From positions 4,680 to 68,679 of the forward strand of contig JBDRKE010000024.1 of the NCBI GenBank assembly GCA_043814315.1: a DNA stretch of 64,000 bases. Direction: 5' to 3'. Of this stretch, positions 9,053 through 18,086 are shown piece by piece (within the stretch, counting starts at the first letter, position 1; each line of letters begins with the position of its first letter). The translations under genes and the position numbers were made by a program. Origin of the DNA: Candidatus Omnitrophota bacterium (GTDB taxonomy: Bacteria; Omnitrophota; Gorgyraeia; Gygaellales; Profunditerraquicolaceae). The notes beneath the pieces were generated by a model that worked only from the letters and a program-made list of their open reading frames with translations, did not search any database and had not been told where the DNA came from.

Positions 9053-9166
9053 AAATTCCAGATAAATTACAAATCACAAATTCCAAATTACAAACTCATG
9101 AGTTTCGGACATTGTGATTTTGGATTTGGGATTTGTTTGGGATTTGGAATTTGGAAATTGGGATTT
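9053..9166. repeat. LC-family hairpin (copy R3)
   Basis: The aaattcc..caaatcacaaattccaaattacaa arm faces ttgtgattttggatttgggatttgtttgggatttggaatttgg. The centre is a perfect palindrome, aaactcatgagttt (9092-9105). Confidence 0.65.
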
Positions 9167-9189
9167 AACTTATTATTTGTCATTTCGGC

Positions 9190-10278
9190 TTATCTTATCT
9201 TCAAAGTGACCAATGTCAGGAGTGCCAGCAGGCCGGCTATAATCCAGAACCTTACGATAACCTTATTTTCTGGCCAATTGAGGAATTGAAAATGATGGTG
9301 TAAGGGAGCGATTTTAAAGATACGTCTCTTAAAGATGCGAAAAGAACCTACCTGCAAAATGACGGATAAAGCCTCTAATACGAAAATACCCCCAACGATA
9401 ACTAAAAGTAATTCCTTCTTTATGAGCAGGGCCACCGTTCCGAGCGCCCCTCCCAAAGCCAAAGACCCGACGTCTCCCATAAATATGGAGGCCGGATGGC
9501 AGTTAAACCATAAGAAACCCAGGCCCGCTCCTAAGATGCCCGCACAAAATACGGTGAGCTCTCCCGCACCGCTTAAATAAGGAATGAGAAAGTAATTGCT
9601 GAAATTTACGTTTCCCGTTACGTAACTCAATACGCAGAACGTAAAGGCGACCATCACCGCGATGCCGACAGCCAATCCATCAAGGCCGTCGGTCAGGTTC
9701 ACCGCATTGGAAGACCCGGCGATCACCAGAATCACAAAAAGTATATACAGTCCATTTAAGTTTAAACAGGCGTCTTTCAAAAAAGGCAATTCCAGTTGAA
9801 TATTATGCTGGGGGTCGAGAAAAAGAAAGGTCCCCAATATCAGTCCCAGAACGACCTGGCTGGTTAATTTGGCGCTGGCCGTCAGTCCCTTTGATTTCTT
9901 TCTTGTCTGTTTTATATAATCGTCCATGAATCCCGTCACGCCTAACCAAAGGGTGCTTGCCAATGCGATCAACACGTACTTGTTGAGAATTTCGGCCCAC
10001 AGCAAAGTGGAAATGACAATGGCCCCTAATATCAAGATGCCTCCCATGGTAGGCGTATCCTGTTTGTTGCGGTGCAACTCATGTAATCTCGCGCTGTCGT
10101 CTTTTCTTATATGTTCACCGACCCTCAATCTCTGAAGCTGTCTTATCAATACCGGACCGAAGATCAGGCTCAAGACAAAAGCGGTGATGGTGCACATGGC
10201 CGCGCGGAAAGTTATATACCGGAAGATATTAAAAAAGGAAATGGATTCGTGCAGGGGATAAAAAAGGTAATAGAGCAT
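9190..10278 (-). CDS. mraY: phospho-N-acetylmuramoyl-pentapeptide transferase
   Basis: 362 aa polytopic protein with conserved NAVNLTDGLDGLA and HHHFQ-type motifs. Confidence 0.95.
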   Translation of the reverse strand: MLYYLFYPLHESISFFNIFRYITFRAAMCTITAFVLSLIFGPVLIRQLQRLRVGEHIRKDDSARLHELHRNKQDTPTMGGILILGAIVISTLLWAEILNKYVLIALASTLWLGVTGFMDDYIKQTRKKSKGLTASAKLTSQVVLGLILGTFLFLDPQHNIQLELPFLKDACLNLNGLYILFVILVIAGSSNAVNLTDGLDGLAVGIAVMVAFTFCVLSYVTGNVNFSNYFLIPYLSGAGELTVFCAGILGAGLGFLWFNCHPASIFMGDVGSLALGGALGTVALLIKKELLLVIVGGIFVLEALSVILQVGSFRIFKRRIFKIAPLHHHFQFLNWPENKVIVRFWIIAGLLALLTLVTLKIR

Positions 10279-10304
10279 ATTTTTGACTTCGCCCGTTAAT
10301 AAAC

Positions 10305-11681
10305 CTAACTATATTGGCGCATCTGGAGAATCTTTTCCAGCATCATGGCCCGCGAACCTTTGATAAGGACGAGATCTTCCGAGCCGGGATTCACCTTTTT
10401 ATACAGAATGTCGCGCGCCTCGAGGTTGTTTTCGCACAGAAATACATCCTGCGCCTTAAGGCCTTCCTTCCTGGCGGCCAAGGCAGCCCATTTAGACAGG
10501 GGCCCTACCGCAATAAATACGTCGCAGATCCGGGCTGCCTCTTTACCTATTTGACGATGAAAATGCACGGCCCTGCGGCCCAGCTCCAGCATATCTCCCA
10601 TAACAAAAATCTTTCTTCCTTCAGCGCGAGAATCCTTCAAGACAGCCAATGATTGCCTTAAAGAAAGTGGATTTGAATTATAGGTATCGTCAATGAATGT
10701 TATATTATTTAATGTCAGCAGCTGGAGTCTGTTCTGAGGGGGAACAAAAGTGGCCAATCGCGATGCCGCATCCGGCATACTCATGCCAAATATGCGAGCG
10801 CAGGCAACCGCCGCCAGTGCGTTATGGATATTATAATACCCTAATGTCCTTAATGTAAATCTATATTTTTGGTTCACCGAGAATTGAAGGCTCTGCCCCA
10901 ATGCGCGGATTTCCGTAGCCAAAAAATCACTTCGGTTCTTGATACCGAAACCTAAGGCCAATGGCCTTTTATGCGCCCTATGCAAAACTTTTTTTAAAAA
11001 ACGGTCATCGGCATTCAGTATGGCTAAACCTGGCTTCTTAAGTTCTCTGATTAAAGCCATCTTTTCTCTGAATACGCCTTCTAAATTCTTAAAGTACTCC
11101 AGGTGACTCGGACCGATGTTCGTTATGACCCCTATATCGGGTTGGCAAATACGGCAGAGATATCCGATTTCACCAAAATGATTGGACCCTATTTCTAAGA
11201 CGGCTAAGTCACAGGCGTTATTAAGCCCCAGTAAAGTCAGAGGTAACCCTATTTGATTATTTTTTGTGCCCGAGGTCTTAAGCACTTTAAACTTCCGGGA
11301 CAATACCCAGAAAATCATCTCCTTGGTTGTGGTTTTGCCGTTACTGCCGGTAACGGCGATGACGGGGATGTCAAATCTTTGGCGGTGGAATCGTGCGATA
11401 CCGCCTAAGGCCCTGACCGTATCCTTGACTTCTATAAACGTTATCTCATCTTTTGGTTTTGTCCTCAGGAATGGTTTCTTAAAAATAATGACGTTTGAGC
11501 CTTTCTTGATGGCCTCATTCACAAAACAATGCCCGTCGTAATTCCTACCCTTAATCGCGATAAAAGCCTCACCTCGCTTTAGGGTCCTGGAGTCTATGGA
11601 AACGCCCTTAACGCAGGCGTCTCTCTTGCCGCTAACGAACTTACCCTGAGTCGCCTTTAATAATTCTTCGACCTTAAACAT
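10305..11681 (-). CDS. murF: UDP-N-acetylmuramoyl-tripeptide--D-alanyl-D-alanine ligase
   Basis: 458 aa Mur ligase (GSNGKTTTKEM) positioned between murE and mraY. Confidence 0.9.
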   Translation of the reverse strand: MFKVEELLKATQGKFVSGKRDACVKGVSIDSRTLKRGEAFIAIKGRNYDGHCFVNEAIKKGSNVIIFKKPFLRTKPKDEITFIEVKDTVRALGGIARFHRQRFDIPVIAVTGSNGKTTTKEMIFWVLSRKFKVLKTSGTKNNQIGLPLTLLGLNNACDLAVLEIGSNHFGEIGYLCRICQPDIGVITNIGPSHLEYFKNLEGVFREKMALIRELKKPGLAILNADDRFLKKVLHRAHKRPLALGFGIKNRSDFLATEIRALGQSLQFSVNQKYRFTLRTLGYYNIHNALAAVACARIFGMSMPDAASRLATFVPPQNRLQLLTLNNITFIDDTYNSNPLSLRQSLAVLKDSRAEGRKIFVMGDMLELGRRAVHFHRQIGKEAARICDVFIAVGPLSKWAALAARKEGLKAQDVFLCENNLEARDILYKKVNPGSEDLVLIKGSRAMMLEKILQMRQYS

Positions 11682-13129
11682 TCTTTTATGACTTCCTTAT
11701 CGTCAAAAGGCATAACCTTATCTTTGATAATCTGATAATTCTCATGCCCCTTGCCTGCTACCAATACGATATCCTGGCGCTTGGCCATCTTTAAGGCTTT
11801 CTTTATGGCTTCCAAGCGTTCAGGAATTATGCAGAAGTTTGATTTCTTTATGCCGCGCCTTATGTCCCGGATGATGTCTTGAGGGTTTTCAAAGCGCGGG
11901 TTGTCGCTGGTAATAATAACGTAGTCTGAAAGTTGCGTAGCCACTTTCCCCATCTTGGGCCTTTTTGTCCTATCCCGGTCTCCTCCGCAACCGAAAACCA
12001 GAATGATCCTTTTACGGCATAACGGCCTTAAGGACATCAGGATATTCTTAAGGGCATCCTGCGTATGTGCGTAATCAATAAAGATCGAGAAATCCGCATC
12101 TATCTGGACTCTCTCCAATCTTCCCGGCACAAAACGGAAATTTCCTAAGGTTCTCTTGATTACCGACAAAGAAATTCCCTCTGCGATGGCCCAAGCCACG
12201 CAAGCCAATATATTGTAGATATTATGCCTGCCGATGAGGGAGGTTGAAAGTTTCATCTCCTGTTGCCTTGTTACAAGTTCAAACGTGGTACGCTGGCAAT
12301 CCAGTTTTATATCCTTGGCCGTAATATCGGACTTATGGTTTAGCCCATAGGTAATAATTTTGGCTGCGGTCTTCTTCTTTAATTTTACGCCGAACCTATC
12401 ATCGTTATTGATGACCGCAAATGTTTGCGGGCCCATGCCTTCAAAAAGCCTCGCCTTGCTTTCAAAATAATCTTTAAGGGTCTTATGGTAATCCAGATGA
12501 TCCTGGGTGAGATTGGTGAAAATAGCTGAATGAAAGCGGATGCCTCTGGTCCTCTCCTGGTGCAAGGCATGCGAGGAAACTTCCATGATGCAATAATCAA
12601 CGCCTTCTGCAAGCATTTCAGACAGCATCGATTGGATTTCGACGGGCCCGGGAGTCGTATTTTTGGAAGGGAAGATTTTATCCTTGAAGCGATAGTTGAT
12701 CGTGCCGATGACCGACGGATGGGAACCAAATTCTTTTAACAGGGCTTCCAGAAGATAGGTAACGGTGGTTTTTCCGTTCGTGCCCGTAACACCGATAACT
12801 TTTGCTTTCGAAGAAGGATAGCCATGAAAACGTGCGGCCAATTCTGCCAAGGCTTTACGTGCATCCTTGACTCTTATAAAGGGCACATGATAAGAGTTCG
12901 CGAGTTCGTAAGTTCCCAAACTCTCCAGTATTACCGCTTTTGCGCCTCTTTGAATAGCTTCCTCGATATAGTCCCTGCCGTCTTCATGGACACCCTTAAT
13001 GGCTACGAAGATATAATTATTTTTCGTAAGTTTTGAATGGCAGCTAACCCCTTTGACTTCAAAATCATCCAAACCAGGATGCTCTTTAAGGCTGGCTAAA
13101 GACTGTAACAGATATTTAATCTTCATCAA
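11657..13129 (-). CDS. murE: UDP-N-acetylmuramoyl-L-alanyl-D-glutamate--2,6-diaminopimelate ligase
   Basis: 490 aa Mur ligase (GVTGTNGKTT, DNPR motif region DNPRFENP). Confidence 0.9.
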   Translation of the reverse strand: MMKIKYLLQSLASLKEHPGLDDFEVKGVSCHSKLTKNNYIFVAIKGVHEDGRDYIEEAIQRGAKAVILESLGTYELANSYHVPFIRVKDARKALAELAARFHGYPSSKAKVIGVTGTNGKTTVTYLLEALLKEFGSHPSVIGTINYRFKDKIFPSKNTTPGPVEIQSMLSEMLAEGVDYCIMEVSSHALHQERTRGIRFHSAIFTNLTQDHLDYHKTLKDYFESKARLFEGMGPQTFAVINNDDRFGVKLKKKTAAKIITYGLNHKSDITAKDIKLDCQRTTFELVTRQQEMKLSTSLIGRHNIYNILACVAWAIAEGISLSVIKRTLGNFRFVPGRLERVQIDADFSIFIDYAHTQDALKNILMSLRPLCRKRIILVFGCGGDRDRTKRPKMGKVATQLSDYVIITSDNPRFENPQDIIRDIRRGIKKSNFCIIPERLEAIKKALKMAKRQDIVLVAGKGHENYQIIKDKVMPFDDKEVIKECLRSKNY

Positions 13130-14825
13130 GGAGCGCCATCCGGCGAGGGAGTTGATTTGTCTTTAGGTATCTTATGCAATCACTAGCAACATTTTTAAAA
13201 ACCGGTGCGGCTACCACTCCGCCGAAATAAAGAGGGCGAGGCTCATCTATGAGGACAACAATGGCAATTAAGGGATCCTCTACAGGCGCAAATCCAATAA
13301 AAGAAGCTATAAATTTACTATGAGAATACGCACCCGTTGGTTCCAATTTCTGCGCTGTCCCTGTTTTACCCGCAGCTGTAATCCCGGCGATCTTGGCTAA
13401 TGTGCCCGTGCCATTTTCTACAACCCCCATCAATATCTTCTTGGCCCTTTCCGCCGTGTCTAAAGAGATGACTTTACGGATCAAGACTGGAGAAAATTCT
13501 TTGATAGTCTCTTGCCGCTTATCTTTAATAGACTGCACGACATAAGGCCTCATAAGCTGTCCTCCATTAGCAATCACAGAGATAGCACTGGCTAATTGTA
13601 ATACCGTAACCCCCACCTCCTGTCCGATAGGGATAGCGGCGATAGAAATCTTAGACCACTGGCGCGGCTCTTTAGCCACACCGTTGATTTCTCCCGGCAA
13701 TTCAATACCTAATTTTGTTCCAAAACCAAAAAGCTCTACGTAGCGGGAAACCTGTTCAGGGCCCAACATCTGCGCCACTTTGGTAGTCCCGATATTGCTA
13801 GATTGCTGAATGACTTCCCTAAAAGTTAGCCATCCATGCGGCCTGTGGTCATGTAGAGTATGGCTTACGACTTGATAGGAACCGTTTTCGCAGAAAATCT
13901 TATCCTCTTCGCTCACTTTTTTTTCCTCCAGGGCCGCAGCGAGAGTCACGATTTTGAATACCGAACCCGGTTCAAACAAATCGCAAATGGCGCGGTTACG
14001 CATCTGATCTTTATCTACTTTGCAAATGTTTAAATCAAAGGTAGGACGGTTAGCCAGAGCCAGTATCGCTCCGGTGTGAGGATCCATCACCACAATACTG
14101 GCGCCTTTTGCATGAGAAGACTTGAAGGCCTTATCAAGCTCCCTTTCTGCAATATACTGCACCACTTCATCAATCGTCAATATCAAATCGTAGCCGTCTT
14201 TGGGTAATACCATTTCTTCCCATATATCCAATTTTCTCTGACGCGCATCCCTTAAAAAAAGGGCCCACCCCGCCTCTCCTTTTAGGTATTTATCAAAGGC
14301 AAGCTCCAGCCCCTCAAGGCCCTTATTATCAAGACCGGCAAAACCAAGAACATGGCTGGCCAAATAATTGTTAGGATAGGTCCGCTTGCTTTCTTTGATA
14401 AAACCGATTCCCTTAATATTGAGACTCTTGATTGCCTCTGATTGCTCGGGAGTCATTTTTCTCGCCAGCCAGATAAAAGACTTTTTCCGATATAATCGAT
14501 CTCGTAAGAAAGAGGAGGCCACGTTTAAAAGAGGGACGAGTTGTTTTATAATCGATTCTTTATCCTGATCCTTGATTTCATTAGGAGCAGCGTAGAGGGA
14601 CTCTGTAGGCAGATTGATGGCTAGGGGGTTAAGGTTGGCATCGTAGATGGTGCCTCGCATGGGCTCCAGTTCTAAATAGAGATTATGCTGTTTTTTGGCC
14701 AGACCCGCTAAGTAGCTGGAGCGAAAGAATTGTATAAAAAAAAGGCGCAATAGACAGGCTATCAGGAAGACAATAACTAACAAAAATACCGCCTCACACT
14801 TTGGGCGATAGTTGCTTATCTGCAC
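13116..14825 (-). CDS. ftsI: penicillin-binding protein, FtsI-type transpeptidase
   Basis: 569 aa with an N-terminal TM, a PBP dimerisation region and SxxK (GSVFK), SSN and KTGTA motifs. The start is GTG. Confidence 0.88.
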   Translation of the reverse strand: MQISNYRPKCEAVFLLVIVFLIACLLRLFFIQFFRSSYLAGLAKKQHNLYLELEPMRGTIYDANLNPLAINLPTESLYAAPNEIKDQDKESIIKQLVPLLNVASSFLRDRLYRKKSFIWLARKMTPEQSEAIKSLNIKGIGFIKESKRTYPNNYLASHVLGFAGLDNKGLEGLELAFDKYLKGEAGWALFLRDARQRKLDIWEEMVLPKDGYDLILTIDEVVQYIAERELDKAFKSSHAKGASIVVMDPHTGAILALANRPTFDLNICKVDKDQMRNRAICDLFEPGSVFKIVTLAAALEEKKVSEEDKIFCENGSYQVVSHTLHDHRPHGWLTFREVIQQSSNIGTTKVAQMLGPEQVSRYVELFGFGTKLGIELPGEINGVAKEPRQWSKISIAAIPIGQEVGVTVLQLASAISVIANGGQLMRPYVVQSIKDKRQETIKEFSPVLIRKVISLDTAERAKKILMGVVENGTGTLAKIAGITAAGKTGTAQKLEPTGAYSHSKFIASFIGFAPVEDPLIAIVVLIDEPRPLYFGGVVAAPVFKNVASDCIRYLKTNQLPRRMALLDED

Positions 14826-14838
14826 TATAAATAATAAA

Positions 14839-14962
14839 TACTAGTAAACTAGTAACTCGGTGACTAGTAATCCGAGGCAAAACGAATGGAGCCTAAAATA
14901 CTTATATCCTTTTTAAGCTATGCATGGCAAGTTACTAGTTACGAAATTACGAGTTACCGAGG
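14839..14962. repeat. 'actagtaac' word hairpin in the ftsL-ftsI spacer
   Basis: tactagtaaactagtaactcggtgactagtaatccgagg faces caagttactagttacgaaattacgagttaccgaggg. The right arm overlaps the ftsL stop. Confidence 0.55.
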
Positions 14963-15328
14963 GTTAAGGGTATTTGCCTCAGCTTGCCTTTTTATCCCAA
15001 ATATTTTTGATAATAACGTTTCCTGCTTCGGTTGTCCTTGCGTAAGTATGATGCCTCCTTGAGATACAGGCGATAATCTTACCAAACGACAACTGTCCGG
15101 CATCTGAAAATCGGCAAGATCAGAGATTCTATCGCCTATCTGAACCAAAGAGGCTTGACGGGCAATATTATATCTTAACAGGGTGTTCTTATCAAACAAT
15201 TCCTCGAATCTAACCTGCCTCTTTTGGCCGGCGTAGCCAAGGCGAAAAATCTCCGTTTGCTGGTATACGTAAAGAAGGGAAAAATAGGTTATGAAGGTAA
15301 CTGTCGCTAAGAATTTGAAAAGCCTCAT
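14954..15328 (-). CDS. ftsL: FtsL-like small bitopic division protein
   Basis: Single TM (MRLFKFLATVTFITYFSLLYVY) followed by a helical region, positioned between rsmH and ftsI. I place the start at ATG 15328, just after the rsmH stop. Confidence 0.5.
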   Translation of the reverse strand: MRLFKFLATVTFITYFSLLYVYQQTEIFRLGYAGQKRQVRFEELFDKNTLLRYNIARQASLVQIGDRISDLADFQMPDSCRLVRLSPVSQGGIILTQGQPKQETLLSKIFGIKRQAEANTLNPR

Positions 15329-15329
15329 C

Positions 15330-16265
15330 TTACGATCTTTCCGCCACCCGTAACTTTGAAGACCGGCTGGAAGGATTCGCATAAACTTCCGCGGGGCTTG
15401 CCGTTAGGGGTTTGGGCGTTTTAATATTTATCAAACCTTGCGCATAGGCTTGACGAAAGCTTAATTTGACCACGCGATCCTCTAAAGAATGAAAAGCAAT
15501 AACAACAATTCTTCCTTTTTTACTTAAGACGGTAATGGCCTTTTGAATCGTGGACTCCAGCGTCTCTAGTTCCCGATTCACGGCAATACGCACAGCCTGA
15601 AAGGTCCTGGTGGCAGGATGGATCCGGTAGTGCCTGTGACTATACCGATGCGGAATCGACCTGACCACGATGTTGGTTAACTGTGAGGTTGTGGCAATAG
15701 GATGCTGTTGCCTTTCCTTTACTAAAAGGCGCGCTATCCGGTTGTGCCACCTTTCCTGACCGAAATTCCAAAGCAAAGTAGAGATCTCTTCTTCATTAAG
15801 ATTGTTCAATAAATCGTATGCCGAAATGTAGCTATCCCTATCCATGCGCATATCTAAAGGCCCTTCGTACTGAAAACTAAAACCCCGGTTGGGATTCTCC
15901 AGCTGAAACGAAGAAACCCCCAGGTCAAAAATAACGGCATCCACTTTCTTAATATTTAAGTCGGCTAATGTCTTATCGATGTCAAAGAAATTCGCGTGCA
16001 CAAAATCGCAAACATTGCTGTAAGCTGCGAGCCTCTCCTGGGCCACGGCTAACGACTCTTGGTCCCGGTCAATGCCGATGAGCCTGCCGCCGGGAAGAAT
16101 GCTCTTGAGCATGGCTTCGCTATGGCCTCCCGTACCTAGGGTCGCATCGACAACAATCTTGCCTGGGCTTAAATTGAGGTAACTTAATACTTCACTCAAC
16201 ATAACAGGCGTATGATATCTGGTTCCCACAAGAAACTCCAAATCCTGTATCAGGGAATTAAACAT
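15330..16265 (-). CDS. rsmH: 16S rRNA (cytosine1402-N4)-methyltransferase
   Basis: 311 aa with HTPVML, DATLGTGGHS and FHSLEDR motifs. Confidence 0.95.
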   Translation of the reverse strand: MFNSLIQDLEFLVGTRYHTPVMLSEVLSYLNLSPGKIVVDATLGTGGHSEAMLKSILPGGRLIGIDRDQESLAVAQERLAAYSNVCDFVHANFFDIDKTLADLNIKKVDAVIFDLGVSSFQLENPNRGFSFQYEGPLDMRMDRDSYISAYDLLNNLNEEEISTLLWNFGQERWHNRIARLLVKERQQHPIATTSQLTNIVVRSIPHRYSHRHYRIHPATRTFQAVRIAVNRELETLESTIQKAITVLSKKGRIVVIAFHSLEDRVVKLSFRQAYAQGLINIKTPKPLTASPAEVYANPSSRSSKLRVAERS

Positions 16266-16695
16266 CTATCAGTTTTTCGGCAATCTCTTCAAAAGATTGA
16301 CGGGTATTTCTGTAGAATTCTTCCCATTTATCCTTCGCCCAGATTTCAATTCTATTGGAGACACCCACGACAACCACCTCTCTTTTGATCTGGGCAAAAT
16401 CCTTTAAATATTGCGGCAGCAGTATCCTCCCCTGGCTATCAAAATCCATCTCAGCGGCACCGCTGAAATACAAACGGTTGAATGTGCGTGCCTGTTGCTT
16501 CGTGAAGGGGATAGACTTAAATTTGCTCTCCTGGGTCCTCCATTCTTCTTCCGGAAACATAAAGAGACAGACATCCAAACCGCGCGTAACAAAAAATTTC
16601 TCTATATAATGGCCCTTGGCAACTTCGCGAAACTTAGCGGGCAATATGAGGCGGCCTTTGCGGTCAATGGTATGAAAATACTCTCCATAAAACAT
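16258..16695 (-). CDS. mraZ: transcriptional regulator MraZ
   Basis: 145 aa starting MFYGEYFHTIDRKGRLILPAKFR, with a second DSQGRILLP repeat. Confidence 0.95.
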   Translation of the reverse strand: MFYGEYFHTIDRKGRLILPAKFREVAKGHYIEKFFVTRGLDVCLFMFPEEEWRTQESKFKSIPFTKQQARTFNRLYFSGAAEMDFDSQGRILLPQYLKDFAQIKREVVVVGVSNRIEIWAKDKWEEFYRNTRQSFEEIAEKLIDV

Positions 16696-16698
16696 AAA

Positions 16699-16929
16699 CG
16701 AGCACTTGACTTATGGTGCACTAAGTCCGCCATAAGTCAATTCTCCTTTTGTGTATTCCGCTTCTTGTACGAACTTACCCCCCCTCCACCACTTTCAATA
16801 TAGCACAGGTTATAGCGAAAGTGGTGGGGGGTGAATTCGCCCAAACAACTTACGTTCGCTTGCCGCACAAGCGGCACACCGACTGATCCGATAAAGCCGG
16901 GTGCTCGCTCCGTAAGTTGTGGTCTCATC
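16699..16929. repeat. composite palindromic element, copy A (H1 16699-16745; H2 16778-16831; H3 16833-16929 with nested 48-nt insert 16860-16907)
   Basis: It shares modules with 27386-27600, 29944-30090, 32088-32246 and 62140-62195. It occupies the mraZ 5' leader between the operator and the ATG. Confidence 0.8.
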
Positions 16930-16955
16930 CACTTTATTCCACTTATTCCCACTTT
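16929..16955 (-). promoter_or_regulatory. MraZ operator: three direct AAGTGG(G/A) boxes at 10-nt spacing
   Basis: The minus strand reads AAAGTGGGAATAAGTGGAATAAAGTGGAT immediately downstream of the -10. This matches the known MraZ repeat architecture (GTGGN plus a 5-nt spacer). Confidence 0.7.
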
Positions 16956-16963
16956 GTATCCCT

Positions 16964-16991
16964 AGTATAAGTAATTTTGCTATTTTGTCAA
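16964..16991 (-). promoter_or_regulatory. sigma70-type promoter of the dcw operon
   Basis: The minus strand reads TTGACA-16 nt-TATACT. Confidence 0.65.
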
Positions 16992-17094
16992 GTTAAAAAT
17001 TTACCTAACTTTATAAAATACAAGAAGTAGGGGATATTTAGGCTTCAAGAGGGCATATATTGTGGTATGTTGAGGTGGGAGAAATTAATGGCTT

Positions 17095-17994
17095 TTAGGA
17101 CGTTTTCGAAGATTCTAAGATGTCTTTTTTGATTTGTGCGGCTAAGGCAGCGGGCGAGGAAAATTTTCTGGGGCTTCGTATCTTTCTAATGAATTGAACC
17201 TCTAATGTCCGGCCATATATATTCCTGTTAAAATTCAAGATATGAACTTCGATGCTCGTTGTGGTTTGATGTTTTAAGAATGCGGGTTTGGGCCCGATAT
17301 AACAAGCCCCTTCAAATTTTTTATTACGAAAGTTAACTTTTACCGCATAAACTCCTTTGGGCGGGATAACCTCATGGTGCGGATCTATATTGGCCGTCGG
17401 AATCCCAAACTTTCTTCCTAAAGATATTCCTCTGACCACCGTCCCTAAGATGCTCACCGGACGGTTGAGCAGCCTCTGGGCGGCTTTAAGGTTTCCTTTT
17501 TTAATCTGTGTCCTGATATACGTACTGCTCACAGGAGCACCGTTTATTCTAACCACAGGAAAAACTCTTACTTTGAAATGATACTCAACCGAAGCCTTCT
17601 GAAGCGTGTTGCCATCGCCTTGTGCTTTTTTTCCGAACTTGAAATTTCTTCCCACGAATATATAGGAGGCGCCTAGTTTCTTGAATAAAACATTCCTGAT
17701 GAAATCATTTGCCGAAACTCGCGCTAGCTTCTTGTTAAATCTTATGATCACGCATACATCTATCCCCAGTTCGCTGATTAATTTGAGGCGATGCTCCAAT
17801 GAGTAAAGGCTCCCTTCTTTTTGAGGGTGCGGCCAAAAAGTGAAAACTATACTTGTACCATGCTCTCTCCTGGCGTTCCTGACGGCACTCTTAAGAATCT
17901 TTCTGTGCCCCAGGTGCACGCCATCAAACACCCCTAACGCCACCACAGGCTTTGGATATTTCTTAATCTTATGGATACCGTATATGACTTCCAT
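17095..17994 (-). CDS. ribF: bifunctional riboflavin kinase / FMN adenylyltransferase
   Basis: VVALGVFDGVHLGH and a C-terminal riboflavin kinase domain. ATG 17994 is preferred; the ORF-track TTG at 18015 lies in the K1 hairpin arm. Confidence 0.9.
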   Translation of the reverse strand: MEVIYGIHKIKKYPKPVVALGVFDGVHLGHRKILKSAVRNARREHGTSIVFTFWPHPQKEGSLYSLEHRLKLISELGIDVCVIIRFNKKLARVSANDFIRNVLFKKLGASYIFVGRNFKFGKKAQGDGNTLQKASVEYHFKVRVFPVVRINGAPVSSTYIRTQIKKGNLKAAQRLLNRPVSILGTVVRGISLGRKFGIPTANIDPHHEVIPPKGVYAVKVNFRNKKFEGACYIGPKPAFLKHQTTTSIEVHILNFNRNIYGRTLEVQFIRKIRSPRKFSSPAALAAQIKKDILESSKTS

Positions 17995-18011
17995 TATCAG
18001 TGTCAACAGTG

Positions 18012-18086
18012 TCAAGATCGGGTCTTGTAATAGATTGAGAAATAATGAGTTGCAAGACCCGATCTTGAGGCGGTTTTGAGGCGGTT
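18012..18086. repeat. K hairpin copy 1 plus tandem tgaggcggtt x2
   Basis: Arms are tcaagatcgggtcttg (18012-18027) and caagacccgatcttga (18053-18068). The tandem 10-mer is at 18066-18086. Confidence 0.8.

Noticed and set aside
12385-12729. Alternative-frame minus-strand ORFs inside murE (12385-12729), mraY (9803-10000), cca (20011-20250), ribH (30093-30287) and pgpA/pgsA (33797-34063).
   Set aside because: They are embedded out of frame within strongly supported genes, with no independent support.
16817-16831. The H2 arms contain AAAGTGG, the same heptamer as the MraZ operator boxes. This raised the idea that H2 copies, including the one in the riboswitch, are MraZ sites.
   Set aside because: There is only one box per arm and no 10-nt phased triplet, and the similarity is short. 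I keep it only as a remote possibility, testable by MraZ EMSA or ChIP.
17994-18015. Tandem ttgacactg-ttgacactg just upstream of the ribF ATG, considered as duplicated -35 boxes.
   Set aside because: No suitably spaced -10 hexamer lies before the ATG. It is probably part of the K1 hairpin border or a short duplication, and I left it uncalled.
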